DNA of 64,000 bases from contig OZ024743.1 of the NCBI GenBank assembly GCA_964016885.1, forward strand, positions 74,586,001 to 74,650,000, in the 5' to 3' direction. Below the pieces are notes generated by a model. The model saw only the letters and a list, made by a program, of their open reading frames with translations, had not been told where the DNA came from and searched no databases. Every line of letters begins with the position of its first letter. Position 1 is the first letter of the stretch. Source of the stretch: Eledone cirrhosa (lineage: Eukaryota). The position numbers and the translations under genes are program-made. Below, piece by piece: positions 48,901 through 63,900 of the stretch.

Positions 48901-51900
48901 ACCATAGACACCACAACACCTATCTGTGACCATAGATACCACAACACCTATCTGTGAGCATAGATACCACAACACCTATCTGTAGCCATAGACACCACAA
49001 CACCTATCTGTGACCATAGACACCACAACACCTATCTGTAGCCATAGACACCACAACACCTATCTGTGACCATAGACACCACAACACCTATCTGTAGCCA
49101 TAGACACCACAACACCTATCTGTGACCATAGATACCACAACACCTATCTGTGACCATAGACACCACAACACCTATCTGTGACCATAGACACCACAACACC
49201 TATCTGTGACCATAGACACCACAACACCTATCTGTAGCCATAGACACCACAACACCTATCTGTGACCATAGACACCACAACACCTATCTGTAGCCATAGA
49301 CACCACAATACCTATCTGTGACCATAGACACCACAACACCTATACGTAGCCATAGACACCACAACACCTATCTGTGACCATAGACACCACAACACCTATC
49401 TGTAGCCATAGACACCACAACACCTATCTGTAGCCATAGACACCACAACACCTATCTGTAGCCATAGATACCACAACACCTATCTGTAGCCATAGACACC
49501 ACAACACCTATCTGTAGCCATAGATACCACAACACCTATATGTAGCCATAGACACCACAATACCTATTTGTAGCCATAGATACCACAACACCTATATGTA
49601 GCCATAGACACCACAACACCTATCTGTAGCCATAGATACCACAACACCTATATGTAGCCATAGACACCACAACACCTATATGTAGCCATAGACACCACAA
49701 CACCTATATGTAGCCATAGACACCACAATACCTATCTGTAGCCATAGACACCACAACACCTATATGTAGCCATAGATACCACAACACCTATCTGTAGCCA
49801 TAGATACCACAACACCTATATGTAGCCATAGACACCACAACACCTATCTGTAGCCATAGACACCACAACACCTATCTGTGACCATAGATACCACAACACC
49901 TGTCTGTAGCCATAGATACCACAACACCTATCTGTAGCCATAGACACCACAACACCTATCTGTGACCATAGACACCACAACACCTATCTGTGACCATAGA
50001 CACCACAACACCTATCTGTGACCATAGATACCACAACACCTATCTGTAGCCATAGACACCACAACACCTATCTGTGACCATAGACACCACAACACCTATA
50101 TGTAGCCATAGACACCACAACACCTATCTGTGACCATAGACACCACAACACATATCTGTAGCCATAGACACCACAACACCTATCTGTGACCATAGACACC
50201 ACAACACCTATATGTGACCATAGACACCACAACACCTATCTGTGACCATAGACACCACAACACCTATCTGTAGCCATAGACACCACAACACCTATCTGTG
50301 ACCATAGACACCACAACACCTATCTGTGACCATAGACACCACAACACCTATCTGTATCCATAGACACCACAACACCTATCTGTAGCCATAGACACCACAA
50401 CACCTATCTGTAGCCATAGACACCACAACACCTATCTGTGACCATAGACACCACAACACCTATCTGTAGCCATAGACACCACAACACCTATCTGTAGCCA
50501 TAGACACCACAACACCTATCTGTAGCCATAGACACCACAACACCTATATGTAGCCATAGACACCACAATACCTATCTGTAGCCATAGACACCACAACACC
50601 TATATGTAGCCATAGACACCACAACACCTATCTGTAGCCATAGATACCACAACCCCTATATGTAGCCATAGACAACACAACACCTATCTGTAGCCATAGA
50701 CGCCACAACACCTATCTGTGACCATAGACACCACAACACCTATATGTAGCCATAGACACCACAACACCTATCTGTGACCATAGACACCACAACACATATC
50801 TGTAGCCATAGACACCACAACACCTATCTGTGACCATAGACACCACAACACCTATATGTGACCATAGACACCACAACACCTATCTGTGACCATAGACACC
50901 ACAACACCTATCTGTAGCCATAGACACCACAACACCTATCTGTGACCATAGACACCACAACACCTATCTGTGACCATAGACACCACAACACCTATCTGTA
51001 TCCATAGACACCACAACACCTATCTGTAGCCATAGACACCACAACACCTATCTGTAGCCATAGACACCACAACACCTATCTGTGAACATAGACACCACAA
51101 CACCTATCTGTAGCCATAGACACCACAACACCTATCTGTAGCCATAGACACCACAACACCTATCTGTAGCCATAGACACCACAACACCTATCTGTAGCCA
51201 TAGACACCACAACACCTATCTGTAGCCATAGACACCACAACACCTATCTGTGACCATAGACACCACAGCACCTATCTGTAGCCATAGACATCACAACACC
51301 TATCTGTAGCCATAGACACCACAGCACCTATCTGTAGCCATAGACACCACAACACCTATCTGTAGCCATAGACACCACAACACCTATCTGTAGCCATAGA
51401 CACCACAACACCTATCTGTAGCCATAGACACCACAACACCTATCTGTGACCATAGACACCACAACACCTATCTGTAGCCATAGACACCACAGCACCTATC
51501 TTTAGCCATAGACACCACAACACCTATCTGTAGCCATAGACACCACAACACCTATCTGTAGCCATAGACACCACAACACCTATCTGTAGCCATAGACACC
51601 ACAACACCTATCTGTAGCCATAGACACCACAACACCTATCTGTGACCATAGACACCACAACACCTATCTGTGACCATAGACACCACAACACCTATCTGTG
51701 ACCATAGACACCACAACACCTATCTGTAGCCATAGACACCACAACACCTATCTGTAGCCATAGACACCACAACACCTATCTGTAGCCATAGACACCACAA
51801 CACCTATCTGTGACCATAGATACCACAACACCTATCTGTAGCCATAGACACCACAACACCTATCTGTTGTCATAGACACCACAACACCTATCTGTGACCA

Positions 51901-54900
51901 TAGACACCGCAACACCTATCTGTGACCATAGACACCACAACACCTATCTGTGACCATAGACACCACAACACTTATCTGTAGCCATAGACACCACAACACC
52001 TATCTGTAGCCATAGATACCACAACACCTATCTGTGACCATAGACACCACAACACCTATCTGTGACCATAGATACCACAACACCTATCTGTGACCATAGA
52101 CACCACAATACCTATCTGTGAGCATAGATACCACAACACCTATCTGTGACCATAGATACCACAAAACCTATCTGTGACCATAGATACCACAACACCTATC
52201 TGTGACCATAGACACCACAACACCTATCTGTGACCATAGATACCACAACACCTATCTGTGACCATAGACACCACAACACCTATCTGTAGCCATAGACACC
52301 ACAACACCTATCTGTGACCATAGATACCACAACACCTATCTGTAGCCATAGACACCACAACACCTATCTGTGACCATAGATACCACAACACCTATCTGTG
52401 ACCATAGACACCACAACACCTATCTGTGACCATAGACACCACAACACCTATCTGTAGCCATAGACACCACAACACCTATCTGTGACCATAGACACCACAA
52501 CACCTATCTGTGACCATAGACACCACAACACCTATCTGTGACCATAGACACCACAACACCTATCTGTGACCATAGATACCACAACACCTATCTGTGAGCA
52601 TAGATACCACAACACCTATCTGTAGCCATAGACACCACAACACCTATCTGTGACCATAGACACCACAACACCTATCTGTAGCCATAGACACCACAACACC
52701 TATCTGTGACCATAGACACCACAACACCTATCTGTAGCCATAGACACCACAACACCTATCTGTGACCATAGATACCACAACACCTATCTGTGACCATAGA
52801 CACCACAACACCTATCTGTGACCATAGACACCACAACACCTATCTGTGACCATAGACACCACAACACCTATCTGTAGCCATAGACACCACAACACCTATC
52901 TGTGACCATAGACACCACAACACCTATCTGTAGCCATAGACACCACAATACCTATCTGTGACCATAGACACCACAACACCTATACGTAGCCATAGACACC
53001 ACAACACCTATCTGTGACCATAGACACCACAACACCTATCTGTAGCCATAGACACCACAACACCTATCTGTAGCCATAGACACCACAACACCTATCTGTA
53101 GCCATAGATACCACAACACCTATCTGTAGCCATAGACACCACAACACCTATCTGTAGCCATAGATACCACAACACCTATATGTAGCCATAGACACCACAA
53201 TACCTATTTGTAGCCATAGATACCACAACACCTATATGTAGCCATAGACACCACAACACCTATCTGTAGCCATAGATACCACAACACCTATATGTAGCCA
53301 TAGACACCACAACACCTATATGTAGCCATAGACACCACAACACCTATATGTAGCCATAGACACCACAATACCTATCTGTAGCCATAGACACCACAACACC
53401 TATATGTAGCCATAGATACCACAACACCTATCTGTAGCCATAGATACCACAACACCTATATGTAGCCATAGACACCACAACACCTATCTGTAGCCATAGA
53501 CACCACAACACCTATATGTAGCCATAGACACCACAACACCTATCTGTGACCATAGATACCACAACACCTGTCTGTAGCCATAGATACCACAACACCTATC
53601 TGTAGCCATAGACACCACAACACCTATCTGTGACCATAGACACCACAACACCTATCTGTGACCATAGACACCACAACACCTATCTGTGACCATAGATACC
53701 ACAACACCTATCTGTAGCCATAGACACCACAACACCTATCTGTGACCATAGACACCACAACACCTATATGTAGCCATAGACACCACAACACCTATCTGTG
53801 ACCATAGACACCACAACACATATCTGTAGCCATAGACACCACAACACCTATCTGTGACCATAGACACCACAACACCTATATGTGACCATAGACACCACAA
53901 CACCTATCTGTGACCATAGACACCACAACACCTATCTGTAGCCATAGACACCACAACACCTATCTGTGACCATAGACACCACAACACCTATCTGTGACCA
54001 TAGACACCACAACACCTATCTGTATCCATAGACACCACAACACCTATCTGTAGCCATAGACACCACAACACCTATCTGTAGCCATAGACACCACAACACC
54101 TATCTGTGACCATAGACACCACAACACCTATCTGTAGCCATAGACACCACAACACCTATCTGTAGCCATAGACACCACAACACCTATCTGTAGCCATAGA
54201 CACCACAACACCTATATGTAGCCATAGACACCACAATACCTATCTGTAGCCATAGACACCACAACACCTATATGTAGCCATAGACACCACAACACCTATC
54301 TGTAGCCATAGATACCACAACCCCTATATGTAGCCATAGACAACACAACACCTATCTGTAGCCATAGACGCCACAACACCTATCTGTGACCATAGACACC
54401 ACAACACCTATCTGTAGCCATAGACACCACAACACCTATCTGTAGCCATAGACACCACAACACCTATCTGTGACCATAGACACCACAACACCTATCTGTG
54501 ACCATAGACACCACAACACCTATCTGTGACCATAGACACCACAACACCTATCTGTGACCATAGATACCACAACACCTATCTGTAGCCATAGACACCACAA
54601 CACCTATCTGTGACCATAGACACCACAACAGCTATATGTAGCCATAGACACCACAACACCTATCTGTGATCATAGACACCACAACACCTATCTGTAGCCA
54701 TAGACACCACAACACCTATCTGTGACCATAGACACCACAACACCTATCTGTGACCATAGACACCACAACACCTATCTGTGACCATAGACACCACAACACC
54801 TATCTCTAGCCATAGACACCACAACACCTATCTGTGACCATAGACACCACAACACCTATCTGTGACCATAGACACCACAACACCTATCTGTAGCCATAGA

Positions 54901-57900
54901 CACCACAACACCTATCTGTAGCCATAGATACCACAACACCTATCTGTAGCCATAGACACCACAACACCTATCTGTAGCCATAGATACCACAACACCTATA
55001 TGTAGCCATAGACACCACAACACCTATCTGTAGCCATAGACACCACAACACCTATCTGTAGCCATAGACACCACAACACCTATCTGTAGCCATAGACACC
55101 ACAGCACCTATCTTTAGCCATAGACACCACAGCACCTATCTGTAGCCATAGACACCACAACACCTATCTGTAGCCATAGACACCACAACACCTATCTGTA
55201 GCCATAGACACCACAACACCTATCTGTAGCCATAGACACCACAACACCTATCTGTGACCATAGACACCACAACACCTATCTGTAGCCATAGACACCACAG
55301 CACCTATCTTTAGCCATAGACACCACAACACCTATCTGTAGCCATAGACACCACAACACCTATCTGTAGCCATAGACACCACAACACCTATCTGTAGCCA
55401 TAGACACCACAACACCTATCTGTAGCCATAGACACCACAACACCTATCTGTGACCATAGACACCACAACACCTATCTGTGACCATAGACACCACAACACC
55501 TATCTGTGACCATAGACACCACAACACCTATCTGTAGCCATAGACACCACAACACCTATCTGTAGCCATAGACACCACAACACCTATCTGTAGCCATAGA
55601 CACCACAACACCTATCTGTGACCATAGATACCACAACACCTATCTGTAGCCATAGACACCACAACACCTATCTGTTGTCATAGACACCACAACACCTATC
55701 TGTGAACATAGACACCGCAACACCTATCTGTGACCATAGACACCACAACACCTATCTGTGACCATAGACACCACAACACTTATCTGTAGCCATAGACACC
55801 ACAACACCTATCTGTAGCCATAGATACCACAACACCTATCTGTGACCATAGACACCACAACACCTATCTGTGACCATAGATACCACAACACCTATCTGTG
55901 ACCATAGACACCACAATACCTATCTGTGAGCATAGATACCACAACATCTATCTGTGACCATAGATACCACAAAACCTATCTGTGACCATAGATACCACAA
56001 CACCTATCTGTGACCATAGACACCACAACACCTATCTGTGACCATAGATACCACAACACCTATCTGTGACCATAGACACCACAACACCTATCTGTAGCCA
56101 TAGACACCACAACACCTATCTGTGACCATAGATACCACAACACCTATCTGTAGCCATAGACACCACAACACCTATCTGTGACCATAGATACCACAACACC
56201 TATCTGTGACCATAGACACCACAACACCTATCTGTGACCATAGACACCACAACACCTATCTGTAGCCATAGACACCACAACACCTATCTGTGACCATAGA
56301 CACCACAACACCTATCTGTGACCATAGACACCACAACACCTATCTGTGACCATAGACACCACAACACCTATCTGTGACCATAGATACCACAACACCTATC
56401 TGTGAGCATAGATACCACAACACCTATCTGTAGCCATAGACACCACAACACCTATCTGTGACCATAGACACCACAACACCTATCTGTAGCCATAGACACC
56501 ACAACACCTATCTGTGACCATAGACACCACAACACCTATCTGTAGCCATAGACACCACAACACCTATCTGTGACCATAGATACCACAACACCTATCTGTG
56601 ACCATAGACACCACAACACCTATCTGTGACCATAGACACCACAACACCTATCTGTGACCATAGACACCACAACACCTATCTGTAGCCATAGACACCACAA
56701 CACCTATCTGTGACCATAGACACCACAACACCTATCTGTAGCCATAGACACCACAATACCTATCTGTGACCATAGACACCACAACACCTATACGTAGCCA
56801 TAGACACCACAACACCTATCTGTGACCATAGACACCACAACACCTATCTGTAGCCATAGACACCACAACACCTATCTGTAGCCATAGACACCACAACACC
56901 TATCTGTAGCCATAGATACCACAACACCTATCTGTAGCCATAGACACCACAACACCTATCTGTAGCCATAGATACCACAACACCTATATGTAGCCATAGA
57001 CACCACAATACCTATTTGTAGCCATAGATACCACAACACCTATATGTAGCCATAGACACCACAACACCTATCTGTAGCCATAGATACCACAACACCTATA
57101 TGTAGCCATAGACACCACAACACCTATATGTAGCCATAGACACCACAACACCTATATGTAGCCATAGACACCACAATACCTATCTGTAGCCATAGACACC
57201 ACAACACCTATATGTAGCCATAGATACCACAACACCTATCTGTAGCCATAGATACCACAACACCTATATGTAGCCATAGACACCACAACACCTATCTGTA
57301 GCCATAGACACCACAACACCTATATGTAGCCATAGACACCACAACACCTATCTGTGACCATAGATACCACAACACCTGTCTGTAGCCATAGATACCACAA
57401 CACCTATCTGTAGCCATAGACACCACAACACCTATCTGTGACCATAGACACCACAACACCTATCTGTGACCATAGACACCACAACACCTATCTGTGACCA
57501 TAGATACCACAACACCTATCTGTAGCCATAGACACCACAACACCTATCTGTGACCATAGACACCACAACACCTATATGTAGCCATAGACACCACAACACC
57601 TATCTGTGACCATAGACACCACAACACATATCTGTAGCCATAGACACCACAACACCTATCTGTGACCATAGACACCACAACACCTATATGTGACCATAGA
57701 CACCACAACACCTATCTGTGACCATAGACACCACAACACCTATCTGTAGCCATAGACACCACAACACCTATCTGTGACCATAGACACCACAACACCTATC
57801 TGTGACCATAGACACCACAACACCTATCTGTATCCATAGACACCACAACACCTATCTGTAGCCATAGACACCACAACACCTATCTGTAGCCATAGACACC

Positions 57901-60900
57901 ACAACACCTATCTGTGACCATAGACACCACAACACCTATCTGTAGCCATAGACACCACAACACCTATCTGTAGCCATAGACACCACAACACCTATCTGTA
58001 GCCATAGACACCACAACACCTATATGTAGCCATAGACACCACAATACCTATCTGTAGCCATAGACACCACAACACCTATATGTAGCCATAGACACCACAA
58101 CACCTATCTGTAGCCATAGATACCACAACCCCTATATGTAGCCATAGACAACACAACACCTATCTGTAGCCATAGACGCCACAACACCTATCTGTGACCA
58201 TAGACACCACAACACCTATCTGTAGCCATAGACACCACAACACCTATCTGTAGCCATAGACACCACAACACCTATCTGTGACCATAGACACCACAACACC
58301 TATCTGTGACCATAGACACCACAACACCTATCTGTGACCATAGACACCACAACACCTATCTGTGACCATAGATACCACAACACCTATCTGTAGCCATAGA
58401 CACCACAACACCTATCTGTGACCATAGACACCACAACAGCTATATGTAGCCATAGACACCACAACACCTATCTGTGATCATAGACACCACAACACCTATC
58501 TGTAGCCATAGACACCACAACACCTATCTGTGACCATAGACACCACAACACCTATCTGTGACCATAGACACCACAACACCTATCTGTGACCATAGACACC
58601 ACAACACCTATCTCTAGCCATAGACACCACAACACCTATCTGTGACCATAGACACCACAACACCTATCTGTGACCATAGACACCACAACACCTATCTGTA
58701 GCCATAGACACCACAACACCTATCTGTAGCCATAGATACCACAACACCTATCTGTAGCCATAGACACCACAACACCTATCTGTAGCCATAGATACCACAA
58801 CACCTATATGTAGCCATAGACACCACAACACCTATCTGTAGCCATAGACACCACAACACCTATCTGTAGCCATAGACACCACAACACCTATCTGTAGCCA
58901 TAGACACCACAACACCTATCTGTAGCCATAGACACCACAACACCTATCTGTAGCCATAGACACCACAACACCTATCTGTGACCATAGACACCACAACACC
59001 TATATGTAGCCATAGACACCACAACACCTATCTGTGACCATAGACACCACAACACATATCTGTAGCCATAGACACCACAACACCTATCTGTGACCATAGA
59101 CACCACAACACCTATATGTGACCATAGACACCACAACACCTATCTGTGACCATAGACACCACAACACCTATCTGTAGCCATAGACACCACAACACCTATC
59201 TGTGACCATAGACACCACAACACCTATCTGTGACCATAGACACCACAACACCTATCTGTATCCATAGACACCACAACACCTATCTGTAGCCATAGACACC
59301 ACAACACCTATCTGTAGCCATAGACACCACAACACCTATCTGTGACCATAGACACCACAACACCTATCTGTAGCCATAGACACCACAACACCTATCTGTA
59401 GCCATAGACACCACAACACCTATCTGTAGCCATAGACACCACAACACCTATATGTAGCCATAGACACCACAATACCTATCTGTAGCCATAGACACCACAA
59501 CACCTATATGTAGCCATAGACACCACAACACCTATCTGTAGCCATAGATACCACAACCCCTATATGTAGCCATAGACAACACAACACCTATCTGTAGCCA
59601 TAGACGCCACAACACCTATCTGTGACCATAGACACCACAACACCTATCTGTAGCCATAGACACCACAACACCTATCTGTAGCCATAGACACCACAACACC
59701 TATCTGTGACCATAGACACCACAACACCTATCTGTGACCATAGACACCACAACACCTATCTGTGACCATAGACACCACAACACCTATCTGTGACCATAGA
59801 TACCACAACACCTATCTGTAGCCATAGACACCACAACACCTATCTGTGACCATAGACACCACAACAGCTATATGTAGCCATAGACACCACAACACCTATC
59901 TGTGATCATAGACACCACAACACCTATCTGTAGCCATAGACACCACAACACCTATCTGTGACCATAGACACCACAACACCTATCTGTGACCATAGACACC
60001 ACAACACCTATCTGTGACCATAGACACCACAACACCTATCTCTAGCCATAGACACCACAACACCTATCTGTGACCATAGACACCACAACACCTATCTGTG
60101 ACCATAGACACCACAACACCTATCTGTAGCCATAGACACCACAACACCTATCTGTAGCCATAGATACCACAACACCTATCTGTAGCCATAGACACCACAA
60201 CACCTATCTGTAGCCATAGATACCACAACACCTATATGTAGCCATAGACACCACAACACCTATCTGTAGCCATAGACACCACAACACCTATCTGTAGCCA
60301 TAGACACCACAACACCTATCTGTAGCCATAGACACCACAGCACCTATCTTTAGCCATAGACACCACAGCACCTATCTGTAGCCATAGACACCACAACACC
60401 TATCTGTAGCCATAGACACCACAACACCTATCTGTAGCCATAGACACCACAACACCTATCTGTAGCCATAGACACCACAACACCTATCTGTGACCATAGA
60501 CACCACAACACCTATCTGTAGCCATAGACACCACAGCACCTATCTTTAGCCATAGACACCACAACACCTATCTGTAGCCATAGACACCACAACACCTATC
60601 TGTAGCCATAGACACCACAACACCTATCTGTAGCCATAGACACCACAACACCTATCTGTAGCCATAGACACCACAACACCTATCTGTGACCATAGACACC
60701 ACAACACCTATCTGTGACCATAGACACCACAACACCTATCTGTGACCATAGACACCACAACACCTATCTGTAGCCATAGACACCACAACACCTATCTGTA
60801 GCCATAGACACCACAACACCTATCTGTAGCCATAGACACCACAACACCTATCTGTGACCATAGATACCACAACACCTATCTGTAGCCATAGACACCACAA

Positions 60901-63900
60901 CACCTATCTGTTGTCATAGACACCACAACACCTATCTGTGACCATAGACACCGCAACACCTATCTGTGACCATAGACACCACAACACCTATCTGTGACCA
61001 TAGACACCACAACACTTATCTGTAGCCATAGACACCACAACACCTATCTGTAGCCATAGATACCACAACACCTATCTGTGACCATAGACACCACAACACC
61101 TATCTGTGACCATAGATACCACAACACCTATCTGTGACCATAGACACCACAATACCTATCTGTGAGCATAGATACCACAACACCTATCTGTGACCATAGA
61201 CACCACAACACCTATCTGTGACCATAGACACCACAACACCTATCTGTGACCATAGACACCACAACACCTATCTGTGACCATAGACACCACAACACCTATC
61301 TGTGACCATAGACACCACAACACCTATCTGTGACCATAGACACCACAACACCTATCTGTGACCATAGATACCACAACACCTATCTGTGAGCATAGATACC
61401 ACAACACCTATCTGTAGCCATAGACACCACAACACCTATCTGTGACCATAGACACCACAACACCTATCTGTAGCCATAGACACCACAACACCTATCTGTG
61501 ACCATAGACACCACAACACCTATCTGTAGCCATAGACACCACAACACCTCTCTGTGACCATAGATACCACAACACCTATCTGTGACCATAGACACCACAA
61601 CACCTATCTGTGACCATAGACACCACAACACCTATCTGTGACCATAGACACCACAACACCTATCTGTAGCCATAGACACCACAACACCTATCTGTGACCA
61701 TAGACACCACAACACCTATCTGTAGCCATAGACACCACAATACCTATCTGTGACCATAGACACCACAACACCTATACGTAGCCATAGACACCACAACACC
61801 TATCTGTGACCATAGACACCACAACACCTATCTGTAGCCATAGACACCACAACACCTATCTGTAGCCATAGACACCACAACACCTATCTGTAGCCATAGA
61901 TACCACAACACCTATCTGTAGCCATAGACACCACAACACCTATCTGTAGCCATAGATACCACAACACCTATATGTAGCCATAGACACCACAATACCTATT
62001 TGTAGCCATAGATACCACAACACCTATATGTAGCCATAGACACCACAACACCTATCTGTAGCCATAGATACCACAACACCTATATGTAGCCATAGACACC
62101 ACAACACCTATATGTAGCCATAGACACCACAACACCTATATGTAGCCATAGACACCACAATACCTATCTGTAGCCATAGACACCACAACACCTATATGTA
62201 GCCATAGATACCACAACACCTATCTGTAGCCATAGATACCACAACACCTATATGTAGCCATAGACACCACAACACCTATCTGTAGCCATAGACACCACAA
62301 CACCTATATGTAGCCATAGACACCACAACACCTATCTGTGACCATAGATACCACAACACCTGTCTGTAGCCATAGATACCACAACACCTATCTGTAGCCA
62401 TAGACACCACAACACCTATCTGTGACCATAGACACCACAACACCTATCTGTGACCATAGACACCACAACACCTATCTGTGACCATAGATACCACAACACC
62501 TATCTGTAGCCATAGACACCACAACACCTATCTGTGACCATAGACACCACAACACCTATATGTAGCCATAGACACCACAACACCTATCTGTGACCATAGA
62601 CACCACAACACATATCTGTAGCCATAGACACCACAACACCTATCTGTGACCATAGACACCACAACACCTATATGTGACCATAGACACCACAACACCTATC
62701 TGTGACCATAGACACCACAACACCTATCTGTAGCCATAGACACCACAACACCTATCTGTGACCATAGACACCACAACACCTATCTGTGACCATAGACACC
62801 ACAACACCTATCTGTATCCATAGACACCACAACACCTATCTGTAGCCATAGACACCACAACACCTATCTGTAGCCATAGACACCACAACACCTATCTGTG
62901 ACCATAGACACCACAACACCTATCTGTAGCCATAGACACCACAACACCTATCTGTAGCCATAGACACCACAACACCTATCTGTAGCCATAGACACCACAA
63001 CACCTATATGTAGCCATAGACACCACAATACCTATCTGTAGCCATAGACACCACAACACCTATATGTAGCCATAGACACCACAACACCTATCTGTAGCCA
63101 TAGATACCACAACCCCTATATGTAGCCATAGACAACACAACACCTATCTGTAGCCATAGACGCAACAACACCTATCTGTGACCATAGACACCACAACACC
63201 TATCTGTAGCCATAGACACCACAACACCTATCTGTAGCCATAGACACCACAACACCTATCTGTGACCATAGACACCACAACACCTATCTGTGACCATAGA
63301 CACCACAACACCTATCTGTGACCATAGACACCACAACACCTATCTGTGACCATAGATACCACAACACCTATCTGTAGCCATAGACACCACAACACCTATC
63401 TGTGACCATAGACACCACAACAGCTATATGTAGCCATAGACACCACAACACCTATCTGTGATCATAGACACCACAACACCTATCTGTAGCCATAGACACC
63501 ACAACACCTATCTGTGACCATAGACACCACAACACCTATCTGTGACCATAGACACCACAACACCTATCTGTGACCATAGACACCACAACACCTATCTCTA
63601 GCCATAGACACCACAACACCTATCTGTGACCATAGACACCACAACACCTATCTGTGACCATAGACACCACAACACCTATCTGTAGCCATAGACACCACAA
63701 CACCTATCTGTAGCCATAGATACCACAACACCTATCTGTAGCCATAGACACCACAACACCTATCTGTAGCCATAGATACCACAACACCTATATGTAGCCA
63801 TAGACACCACAACACCTATCTGTAGCCATAGACACCACAACACCTATCTGTAGCCATAGACACCACAACACCTATCTGTAGCCATAGACACCACAACACC

